From the NCBI RefSeq assembly GCF_018350175.1, contig NC_058372.1:31992001-32056000 (forward strand): a stretch of DNA of 64,000 nucleotides, read 5' to 3'. Positions 43,281 through 54,200 of the stretch are shown here, piece by piece. Within the stretch, counting starts at the first letter, position 1. Each line of letters begins with the position of its first letter. The stretch is from Felis catus. Its lineage: Eukaryota. Below the pieces are notes generated by a model that worked only from the letters and a program-made list of their open reading frames with translations, did no database searches and was not told the origin of the DNA. The position numbers were made by a program, and so were the translations under genes.

Positions 43281-43949
43281 TCAGAAACAAAAAATGGAGA
43301 CAGTGACACTTCCAGGTAAAATGATGAGAAGTGTTCTGAAAGCAAAGGAGGAAAAAGGAGCTTGGAACCAGGGAGGATTTCAAAAGTCCAGAGATTTCTT
43401 GAAGGACAGGACACATCTGGAGATGAGGAACAGAAATCATGCAGTGGCAAAAGCAATTGCCAAGGGGCTCAAGCACAGGGGCGCAGGGAAGAGCTGGTGA
43501 CAATGCCCACAGATGCTAAGTTTGTAGAACTTATACTGGACTATTAATGAGGCCAACGACTGATCCCTGTCCTGTCCTGATCCTGTCCCTGCCCCTGAGG
43601 GAGGCCCTCCACAGGGTTCTGGGATATACATGGGAGGGACAACATCTTCTCAGGTCTTCTCTGTGCAGATATGGGGATCTCCTACCTCCTGAACTAATAG
43701 CTCCAGGGGTGACCTATCCGTGTTTCCTTCAAGGAGCTGCTGCTCCCCGTCTCCTATAGGTGGTCTATATTGAGGATCTGCAGGAACCCGATGAGAGCCC
43801 TGGATCTGAACACTCCATGAACATCTCTGTAGCTGTGTCCTGATTTCTCTCACCACACCCCACCTCTCAGCAGCAGTGTCTGACTCTGATCAAGATCCTG
43901 AACTGAAAGTTGAACCCGGATCCTAATTCCATTTTAAAGACAATAGGAT

Positions 43950-44760
43950 ACTGCATTTCCGCAAAGTCATGACTCCTTCCCTTCCCCAAAACCAATTCAA
44001 TATATAGCCAAAACATGTTAAAATATACAAAACAGAATTTGACAAAATGAAATGGAAAAAAAGCCCCAGAAAATTCCACATTCATAGTGAGGGACTCTGG
44101 CATACCTTCCTCAATGACTGATGGGGGAAAAAAAAAACACAAGGTAAAATCAGTAAGGATATAGAACATTTGAAGGACACAATCAACAACTTGATCTATT
44201 TGACAAATACAAGACACTTCCCCCAGCAGCAAAAGAATCCACATTCTTTTGTAAAATTTTGTTTACTAAAAATTACCCCATGCTATGTCACAGAACAAGC
44301 TTCAAAAAAATGTCAAAGGATTAAAACCATTCAGTGTATGTTTTCCAGAAGGTAGAAATCAAGAATAAAATAAGAAAATACTGAACTGCTCAGATATCAA
44401 GCCATATACTCCTAAATAACCCTTGGGTTATGGAAGACACCACAATAGAAATTAGAACATCTTTGGAGCTGAATAACAATAGAAAGAGACAAAGGATTTT
44501 GTGAGCCACAAGTAAACAGTGTTTAGAGGGAAAGTTATAGAATTACGACCATATATTAGAAAAGGAGACAAGGCTGGCAACCAATGATTCGAATTCATCT
44601 TAACAACGAAAAAAAAAGGCTAGCGTATCAAGCTCAAACACAGCAAATAGAAGAAATAATAAAGTGATGGCATGAATAAAATAGAAATAGCAATGCTCAA
44701 TGAAGAAATTCAACAAAGTGAGGAGGAAAAAGCAGTGCCTTATACAGAGCAAGCATTTGA
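43950..44760 (+). mobile_element. Old L1 ORF2 (endonuclease-region) fragment
   Basis: Contains gaacatttgaaggacacaatcaacaacttgatcta...cacattctttt...aaaaccattcagtgtatgttttcc...aaattagaacatctttggagctgaat. Confidence 0.7.
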
Positions 44761-44937
44761 TACGTGGCAGTCACATTACTGTCACTCAAGAAGGGTGGAC
44801 ACTGGGCTCACAGACAGATGGCTTGGACGCTCACCCTGGAGTAGAGTGGTCCAAAAGCTTGCAGACCCCACCCTGAGTGGAGTGAGATGAGATTTGGGAT
44901 GGGGAGATTGAGGAAGTAAATGCAGTCTTTTCAAAAG

Positions 44938-44983
<46 letters not shown>

Positions 44984-45494
44984 CAGAACACCGTTAAACT
45001 CCTGCATACCAAGCAGGATGAAGTGCAAGGAGATAGCACCACAAGGAGGAGTATTTTGTCACTAACAATGTTGTAGAATTGCTGTGGCACGGGAACAATA
45101 AAAAGTTGGTTTCAGTATCGTCTTAAAATGTTCTACAGACAACACACCCTCTTGCTGCCTGCCCTGGGGCAACCCTCCCTCTGCTCTGCCGTCAGTAAGC
45201 TGCAGCCCGGATGACCCATGTGAGTAAACGGTCCACTCCTCCACCAGAATGGGAGCCCTATGGGAAGCCATGGCAAGTGAGGGTTATTTTGCACACGACG
45301 GCAGAGTTTTGAGCAGCATAGCTTTGTACAAGAGAGGTGTTTCCTATATAGTTGATGAATGAATGATTGAACGGTGTAATAATGAAGACAAGAAAATATG
45401 GGCGCTTTGTTTAAACGTGAAGAAAACCTTCCCAATTACTGATGTTGTAAAAGAATGCAAAACCAGGAAACTATAACCATCTCATGAGAGCTCA

Positions 45495-45915
45495 AGGAGT
45501 TGTTAACCTTCTTGTTTGGAACCCCTTTGGCTATAATGATGAAGTCAATGGAGGGTAAACTGCATAAAATAAAATACATAGGATTACAAAAGAAAACAAT
45601 TGTACTGAAACACAGGCATCAAAATAAAAAATCAAAGGTGTGATGGATACTAAGATTTAGTGTAGGTCTAATCACTATCGTAACTACGAAGTAACAATGA
45701 GCACACATGACATTTTGAAATTTCTGCAACTAGAAGGTGACAAGGTGACATAAAAATGACTGTGATGTCTATTGATAACAGTCACAGGTACTGCTAATTC
45801 TGCTGTGGTGGGTTGCCTACATTTATCATTGGAGGAAATGTTAAGCTGCAGCTCGAGGTTAGAGAAAATAAAATGTAATTTTTCCTGATCCTCATTCACA
45901 GAGCCTTAAGGATCT
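45495..45915. mobile_element. hAT-Charlie-like DNA transposon remnant (subfamily not assigned)
   Basis: Recalled Charlie/MER-like internal motifs (aaaataaaatacataggattacaaaagaaaacaatt; ggaggaaatgttaagctgcag...gttagagaaaataaaatgt). Confidence 0.45.
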
Positions 45916-46704
45916 TGGTTAAGAGCCCTGCATTTGAACCAGGGATGTTTCAGCAGAAAGGGAGCCGGGCCAGGAGAACATGTTGCTCTCTGCCCGTGAG
46001 CCTTGTGACCCTTAGTCCCTGCTACTTAGATCCTGTAACTGTCCTGGCTTCTGTCTTTTCCAAAGCCTGCCTGTTCACTTTTTCCTTCACTTCTGTAAAT
46101 ATCCTTCCAATAACTTACTCTAACTTCTTAATTTGTTGCTTCTCCACAGATAGCTACTTCCTCAGCCCCATGACTCCCAGCCTGGAGTCATGGAACAAGA
46201 AGTGAATGTGGGCAGAGAAGGTTCAAACCACTGAGGGGCTGGGTGGTGCTGGACTCAACTTATTCAAGCATGAGAAACAGGAACAGCATCCTCTCACAGG
46301 GCAGGTGTGTGGATTTCAGTGAGACGAAATATCTGCTCCTATGAGATCAAGGACTTTGATTTATTCTCTGTTGAATCCTATCAGTGCCTATCACAGAACA
46401 CAGAAGGGGGTCAATAAATATACCTTGGCTTAACGGGTGTATCTGAATCTGAAAACACTTGAGAAACTCCAAAATGTAACATGTATTGCTGTATCCATTA
46501 TTCCCAGGATGAAGAGAACAGATTCCTATTCTTCCCCTCAAAGTTTTGTGTTGGTCTTGCTTTCTCCTTCTTTCCTTGAATCTTTGCCCTAAGTCTCTGT
46601 TGGAATCCAGCTAATTTGCCTTCTGACTGATTTCCTGAAATTAAAAAAAAAAAGCCACCCTTCTTAAGTGGAGGGAGGATGGGTCAATAATAGGATGGGG
46701 AGAA

Positions 46705-47415
46705 GTCAGAGTGGCCAAAATGAANNNNNNNNNNNNNNNNNNNNNNNNNNNNNNNNNNNNNNNNNNNNNNNNNNNNNNNNNNNNNNNNNNNNNNNNNNNN
46801 NNNNNNNNNNNNNNNNNNNNNNNNNNNNNNNNNNNNNNNNNNNNNNNNNNNNNNNNNNNNNNNNNNNNNNNNNNNNTAGCATTGCTAGGAATTTACCCAA
46901 GGGATACAAGAGTACGGACGCATAGGGGCACTTGTACCCCAATGTTTATAGCAGCACTCTCAACAATAGCCAAATTATGGAAAGAGCCTAAATGTCCATC
47001 AACTGATAAATGGATAAAGAAATTGTGGTTTATATACACAATGGAGTACTACATGGCAATGAGAAAGAACGAAATATGGCCCTTTGTAGCAACGTGGATG
47101 GAACTGGAGAGTGTGATGCTAAGTGAAATAAGCCATACAGAGAAAGACAGATACCACATGTTTTTACTCTTATGTGGATCCTGAGAAACTTAACAGAAAC
47201 CCATGGGGGGAGGGGAAGGAAAAAAAAAAAAGAGGTTAGAGTGGGAGAGAGCCAAAGCATAAGAGACTCTTAAAAACTGAGAACAAACTGAGGGTTGATG
47301 GGGGGTGGGAGGGAGGAGAGGGTGGGTGACGGGTATTGAGGAGGGCACCTTTTGGGATGAGCACTGGGTGTTGTATGGAAACCAATTTGACAATAAATTT
47401 CATATATTGAAAAAA
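46705..47415 (+). mobile_element. 5'-truncated young carnivore L1 (ORF2 C-terminus, 3' UTR and A tail)
   Basis: Open ORF2 tail ALLGIYP...CTPMFIAALSTIAKLWKEPKCPSTDKWIKKLW...; TSD AATAATA(G/C)GATGGGGAGAA at 46686-46704 and 47416-47434; internal N gap 46725-46876. Confidence 0.93.
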
Positions 47416-47741
47416 AATAATACGATGGGGAGAAAGAAGGATGTCCTTTATTTCTTTTGTCCTTCCTCATTCAGTGGTCCGGAAATTGATGCCGAGATGA
47501 GCATGCCCATCTTGCACAGAAACAGAGCTGTGAAACACTAAGTAAATGTTTCTCTGAGAGCCCAATTAAGAAATAACTCAGGGCAAACCGAGGGTACAGT
47601 GGTAGAGAAATAGAGGGAAATGATATTTCTTTAAAGGACAGAGATCCCTGAGCAGTGTTGGAGAAACGCAAGGGGCATTGATGTTCATCAGAAGTTGAGT
47701 TTCAGCCTGGGGGTCACAAGGTTCTATCTAAGCCAAAAGGC

Positions 47742-48235
47742 TTGGGTGCCTGGCTGGCTCAGTCGAGCATGCGACTCTTGATCTCTGGGTTGTAGGTTCT
47801 GCGTGTACAGATTACTAAAAAAAACAAAAACAAAAACAAAAACAAAAACCTTTTGGGATGCCTGAGTTCACTCAGGTCATGATCTCAGGGTTTAGTAAGC
47901 TAGAGTCCCTCATCCGGCTCTGCAGCATGGAGTCTGCTTGGGATTCTCTCTCCCTCTTTCTGCCCCTCTCCAGGTCATGCTCTCTCTCAAAATAAATAAA
48001 TAAACTTACAAAAAAAAAACACTTTAATGTTTATTTATTTTTGACAGAAAGAGAGAAAGAGACAGAGCATGAGCGGGGGAGGGGCAGAAAGAGAGGGAGA
48101 CACAGAATCCGAAGCAGGCTCCAGGCTCTCAGCTGTCAGCACAGAGCCGGACGCGGGGCTGGATCTCACGAACCTCCAGATCATGACTTGAATCGAAGTC
48201 AGACGCTTAACCGACTGAGACACCTAGGCGCCCCC
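47742..48235. mobile_element. Three adjacent CanSINEs (short +, truncated +, full -)
   Basis: SINE heads or tails at about 47742, 47855 and 48015-48235. Confidence 0.85.
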
Positions 48236-48939
48236 CGCTCCCCGCCAAAAAAAAAAAAAAAAAAAAGAAAAAAACTTTAAAAAGGGCGGGGCGGGGTGTA
48301 GGCTGAAGGAAAACTCTCAGTTGCTTCAGTGTGAAGGGAGCATGAGAAAAGCTTCCTAGTCTTCTTCAGCAAGACGAGGCATCAGAGCCTGTGAACTGGG
48401 AACGACCCCATCTCCTGGTCGATGCTGCCCCCTGGAGGTCGATGTGGATGTCGCGGCTCCCTTTCACGCAGTTATGTCTCCTCATCCGGGTCCCGAGAGA
48501 CTGTTGGATGAGCGTTCTTATGGATTCTCCCGGCGAGTTCCATGTCCCCGAAAACTATGTGCATACCTCCGGGTTCCCTCATCAAGGGTCTCCTCATACT
48601 ACAGCACTGCCCCTCAGTGAGCCCTGCAAAATAACGCGCTTACCGCTCGTCTGAATATTTGGGTTCGGAGATGGATAGAAGTGGTCTGTAGTGCGCGAAA
48701 TCAAAGTGCCTGCCTGCACAGCCCTTGTCCCATCCGAACATTAGTTGACTTTCGATGCAGTCTCCTGTCTTGGAGGCAGTCCCCCTCGACCCTTTCTCTG
48801 GGAACCCGCTGTTTTGTCAAAGCGGCCTGTGCCTCCCCTGTCCCAAGTCCCAGACCCTGAGCGAACCTCCTTCTGTGCCCCTCACGCTGAGGCTGCAGTC
48901 AGATCAAATGTGATGAACATCTGGATCCGCTAAGGTTGA

Positions 48940-49670
48940 GAGCTAAAAGTGGGGAGGGTGTAGGTGGGCGAGGAATGAGAAGTGGGAAAGGAAGGCGGAG
49001 GGACAGAGTTCCGGGGGAGAGCTTGCGGGCCCCTCTGAGCCCAGCACACCACCACCACCGCCTAGCACGCGGCAGGCCTCAGGGAATGTGTGGGGCAGAG
49101 TCAGGCAGGGTAAACCTGGAAGCACGCCGAGAGCAGGGAGCAAGGGGCGGAGGCGCCGGGTGAGGTCAGTTAAGGACACTGCCCTGGTTCCGCCTCTGAA
49201 GCATCTGGGCCAATCAGGAGACGCCGACAGTCCCCCCAAATCACCCCGTCCCCGCCGCACTTTAGCCTCGGGCGCCCAGGCTCTCAAAGCAGTGAGGAGG
49301 CAGCTTTGATGTCCGGCTTCCAATCACAGTGCGGCTCTCGGAGATGGGGCGGAACCCAAAGAAGGCGGGAGCGAGAGAAGGCACACCATCCGCCACGCCC
49401 CCACCCCGCAGCAGCCAACCCAGAGAGTCTGCCAGGCGGTACAGTTCCTACTCGGCCAACCCGCACGCCTACCTTTCTCTCCACCTCCCGCGCCCTGGGC
49501 GGTTAAGGACCCAGCCTTCAGACTCTGGCGGCGCCTTCCAGGAACCCCCCACCCCGCCCCTGCCTTGGCAGGCCGGGCCCGCATCCAGAAGGCCTAAGCG
49601 GGAAGCAGAAATCATTTTCCTTCCATCACTCGCTGGCACCTGGGAAGGAATCCTCAGGCTATAAGGGGAG
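48940..49670. promoter_or_regulatory. Orphan CpG-rich promoter-like element near the VPS52 3' end
   Basis: CCAAT at 49210-49214 and 49320-49324; GGGGCGG at 49144-49150 and 49346-49352; CCCCGCCCC at 49552-49560; TATAAG at 49660-49665. No adjacent sense ORF. Confidence 0.6.
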
Positions 49671-50190
49671 GAGGAAACATCCTCAATTACCATCCCTCCC
49701 ACCCCTAGTCTGTCTGTGCCTTACCCCTTAGGACTTGAAGGCGCCTCCGAGTCTCTCCTACCTAGTCTGAGTTCAAACGAGGTGTATAGGTGGGAAGCAG
49801 CAGGAAGGCTCCAAGTCAAACATAGAAATGGATGAGACAGACACACTGCAGACCTGTCCTACACCTGCCTCAGTGGTGTAGGTGCTACAGCCCTCCATCA
49901 AGGGTTGTGCCAGCCAGAACCAGAGGAGCTCAAAAGCTGATGTTCAAGGAAAGGAGACAGTCCCAGGGTCAGTTTGGGGGCAGGGATGCAAGGAGAGACC
50001 GTAGTGGGGAACCAAGGCAGCCGTAGGACAGTGCCGGAGGCTGCACAGCCATGTTCCCAGCACCTGATGTATTGGCCATCTTAAACAGGGGCCACCTTCC
50101 TCCACCAGGCTGGTTACTCATGAAATAGTTCCTGCCTAAAACCAATGCCACCACTTCTTTGGCCTGAAGCAGTTAAGAGTCTATTATCTG

Positions 50191-50840
50191 GGGGGGCGCC
50201 TGGGTGGTTTAGTTGGTTAGGCATCCAACTTTGGCTCAGGTCATGATCTCACAGTTGGTGAGTTCGAGTCCCGTCGGGCTCTGTTGACAGCTGGGAGCCT
50301 GGAGCCTGCTTCAGATTCTGTGTCTCCCTCTCTCTCTCTGCCCTTCCCCTGCCTGCACTCTGTCTCCATATCAAAAGTAAATAAACGTTAAAAAATTAAA
50401 AAAAAAAAAAAAGTTTACTACCAGTACCCCTTCCTTATGGACACCCATCAGAAGGGAGGTAAGCCCAGGAGGTAGCCTGAGAGGAAAGGTGACCCTGGAA
50501 CAGAGATGGGGCCACTTGAAGGCCCAAGGAGGAAAGAGGAAGGAAATGGGAAAGGTGTGTTACGTCATATTAAATATTTATTGTTTTCTGCAAACTGACC
50601 TTGGAGTAACTCTCAAGCCAGGAGGGGATTGGTTAGTGTTCAAGTTGCTGAGATCTTAGGTCAAAAAGCCATAGAAAAGGGGCACCTCGGTGGCTCAGTC
50701 ATGTTCTCTTGGTTCGTGAGTTCAAACCCTGCATCAGGTTGCTGCTGTCAGTGCACAGCCCGCTTGGATCCTCTGTCCCCCCACCTCTGCCCCTCCCACA
50801 CTTACACTCTCTCAAAAATAAATATTAAAAGAAAAAAAAA
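50191..50840 (+). mobile_element. Two CanSINEs at the VPS52 3' end
   Basis: 50191-50412 and the internally deleted 50679-50840; the second lies between the VPS52 stop codon and its candidate poly(A) signal. Confidence 0.88.
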
Positions 50841-51282
50841 GCTACAAAAAACAAAACACTGGGGGTGGGGCCAGGGGAGAAGAATCAATGACTTGGAGGC
50901 AGTTTCACCTTGCCATCAATTCCAAGAGCTGGGGCTTTTGTGACTCAGGACATGGTGACAAGAGTTGAGTAAACCAGAGACCAAGGCAGTGAAGGTTTTA
51001 CTGGGGAAAGAAAACTTGGGTGTATGTGTGTGGGGGAAGGATGGCGAATGAAATAGGGAAAATGATAAAGGTGTTTTGGAAGGCCAGGGGGAAGTGGTCC
51101 TGGGAACCTGAAAACAAGGAAATTCAGCTTATCCTGATAAGGCAGGGTCCGGGGAATGAAGGCAGGGTGAGGCATGTCAAGGACCTGGGAGGCAGAGGGA
51201 GAACTGGAAAGGAAACCCCAGGTGAAGAAGAGTCTGGGATAGGGTCCATGGAGAAGGCCGGTGGATCCCAGGGTCCGAGACA

Positions 51283-54200
51283 TCAGAAGTTGGGCTTGTG
51301 CTTCTTGAGCTCCACCATTAGATGATGAATGTTGATGAGCTCAGCCCTGGCAGGGAGAGCTCGGAGCTGGGGCTGAGAGAGCACACGGTGGAACCGATGA
51401 TAGAGCTGGATCAGCTGGGTCAAAGCTCCCTGGTCAGAGAAAGTCATGGAAGGATCATGTAGGGTGGTGAAGATGATGTTAGGAATCAGGCTAGGGCTCA
51501 TCCAGAATTCTGGGCATGCTGGTAGTTGACGATCAAGGGTCACTTGGATGATGCGAGCCCAGGGAAAAAACTAGTGACAGAGTGGGGCAAAGTGAGGGCT
51601 GGGAGTTGTAAGTCACCTGGATGATACTGGTCCCATTTCTGAAGTTGGTGAAACTCCGCATTACATCCTGACTCAGAGACTCCACTGATGATTTCCAGGA
51701 ACTACCAAAGCCACGGATCAGCTGAGTAACCCGGGCTGATGGCAGGAGGAAAGAGAGAGGGTGTCAGAGAAGAACTTGGCTAGGGTGATCTTTGTCCCAA
51801 AGTCCTCCCCCAGGCACAGCCTTCCTCGGCATCCAACCCCATTTTCCTACTCTACCCTCCTCATGGGATCTGCACCCTCTCATTTTTCTTTTCCACTCAC
51901 CTTACCACTGAACCCACCACTACCACATCATCCTCATACCTTCTTCCCCTCGAAGCCGCTCAGCCTGTCCACGCTCAATCAAAGCCTCCGCTTCCTTCAC
52001 AAATGCCACCAGACCTCCAAAAGGGGGAGACAGCAACTCTTCAATGAATTCCTGTAGAAATACACATATACACAGGGTCAAGGGGCCCTGGTGTCAGCAC
52101 CTTTCCTTGCGGATCATGACTGACCGGGTCCTCAGAACACTCCCAGAGCAAGTTATATACTTTAAGACACCACTGGTCTCAGGGGTAGGGGAAATCTCCA
52201 AGGATCCCCTTCTTCAAAAACAAAAACCAAAAAACTAAACTGGAGCTGGAAGCAGAGTAATAATAAATTGGGGTCAGGGCCGGAACCAGAGGGGTGGGCG
52301 GCTGGGAGAGGCAAGGCTACCAGAAGGCAAATGGCCATAGCAAGTCTGCTATCTGGAAACGGAGGGAGTCTGATGGCAGACTCAGGTGGAGAAGCAGAGC
52401 CTGGGTCTCTCATGAGAACCTCAAAGAGGTACTGATGTAGATCTAAGTGGATTGCGTCTTTCAGCTATTACAAAGGCAGAGACAAATCCTCTTGAAAGAA
52501 AACATCCTCAGGGTGCCTGGGTGGCTCAGTCAGTTGAGCTTCCGACACTTGATTTCGGCTCAGGTCATGATCTCAGGGGCATGGGCATCAAGCCCTGCAT
52601 CAGGCTCCATGCTGAGTGTGGAGCCTGCTTAAGATTCTCTCTCTCTCCCTCTGCCCCTCTCCCCAGCTCATGTGTTCCCTCTCCTCTCTCTCTCTCAATC
52701 TCAAAAAAATAATTAATTAAAAAATAAAATTACTGAAAAAAGAAAAATATCCTCAATCCCATTTTAGGCCCATATGACTCTCCCTGATCATAAGATCAGG
52801 CAATCAACTCAAAGATCATCAGACACATAAGAAAGGAAAAACTACCATAAGAATCAGTATAGGTAGTAAGCAATGGACTTAGACCTGCAAAGATTGCCAA
52901 CATCAGAACTATCAGATACACAGTGGTTGTGCATTCTGTATGAAACATTCAAAGAAGCTAAAAATAGAGACACAAAGATGACCACTCAACAAGATTAGGA
53001 ATGGGCTGGTGAGGTGGCCCCCGATTCTAAACTTTTTTTTTTTTAATTTTTTTTTAACGTTTATTTATTTTTTTGAGACAGAGAGAGACAGAGCATGAAC
53101 AGGGGAGGAGCAGAGAGAGAGGGAGACACAGAATCCGAAGCAGGCTCCAGGCTCTGAGCTGTCAGCACAGAGCCCGACACGGGGCTCGAACTCACGGACC
53201 GTGAGATCATGACCTGAGCCGAAGTCAGACGCTTAACCGACCAAGCCACCCAGGCACCCTCCGATTCTAAACTTTTAAGAATTTAGATAAAATAAGCTAA
53301 AACTATGTAAAGCAAAATTTGATAGAACTACAGTAAAAAAGTGACAAGTCTACAAATTTCAAAGCATCTCTTTCAACTACTGATAAGTACACGCAAAAAA
53401 AAAAAAATCATTAAAGATGTAGATAATTTGAACAATACAATTAAAAAGCTTGATCTCCACACTGAGCAATTACAGAATACACATCCTTCTCAACCATGCA
53501 TGGAGCATTTATAAAAGTTGATCATGTACTAGGCCACAAGTGAATCTAAACAAATTTCCAAAACTCAGTACCAAAAAACCCCACATTCTCTACCCACAAT
53601 GTAATTAAGTTAGACATTAATTAAAAAAAAAAAAAAAAACCTTTGATAAATAAGAAAACCAGTTTTGGAAATTTTAAAATACTCCTCCAAAAATCTCATG
53701 GACCTAAAGAAGAAATAATTGAAATATTAAAATTCTTAGAACTGACTTATTTCAAAAATGCTACATATTCAAACCTACAGAATTCAATAAAAGTGGTACT
53801 TTGAGGGAATTTCATTGTTTTAAATCTTCAGAAATGCTTTTGTTGGCAAGTTCTATGAAAACTTTCAAGGAAGAGATCATTTCAACCTTAAACTCTTTCA
53901 GAATAGAAAGAAAGAAGGCATATTTCCTTTCTACCTCCTCCTCCGAATCCAGTATGACTCTGGTACCAAAACCATACAAAGACAGTACAAGGAAAGAAAA
54001 TCAATGGCCAGTATCACCTATGGACAAAGAAACAAAAATTCTAAATGAATTAGATCAAATCCAGAATGGTTTAACATTCTTGTTTTTTTTTTTAATTTTT
54101 TAACGTTTATTTATTTTTGAGAGACAGAATGCAAACAGGGGAGGGGCAGAGAGAGGGGGGAGACACAGAATCCGAAGCAGGCTCCAGGCTCCAAGCTGTC

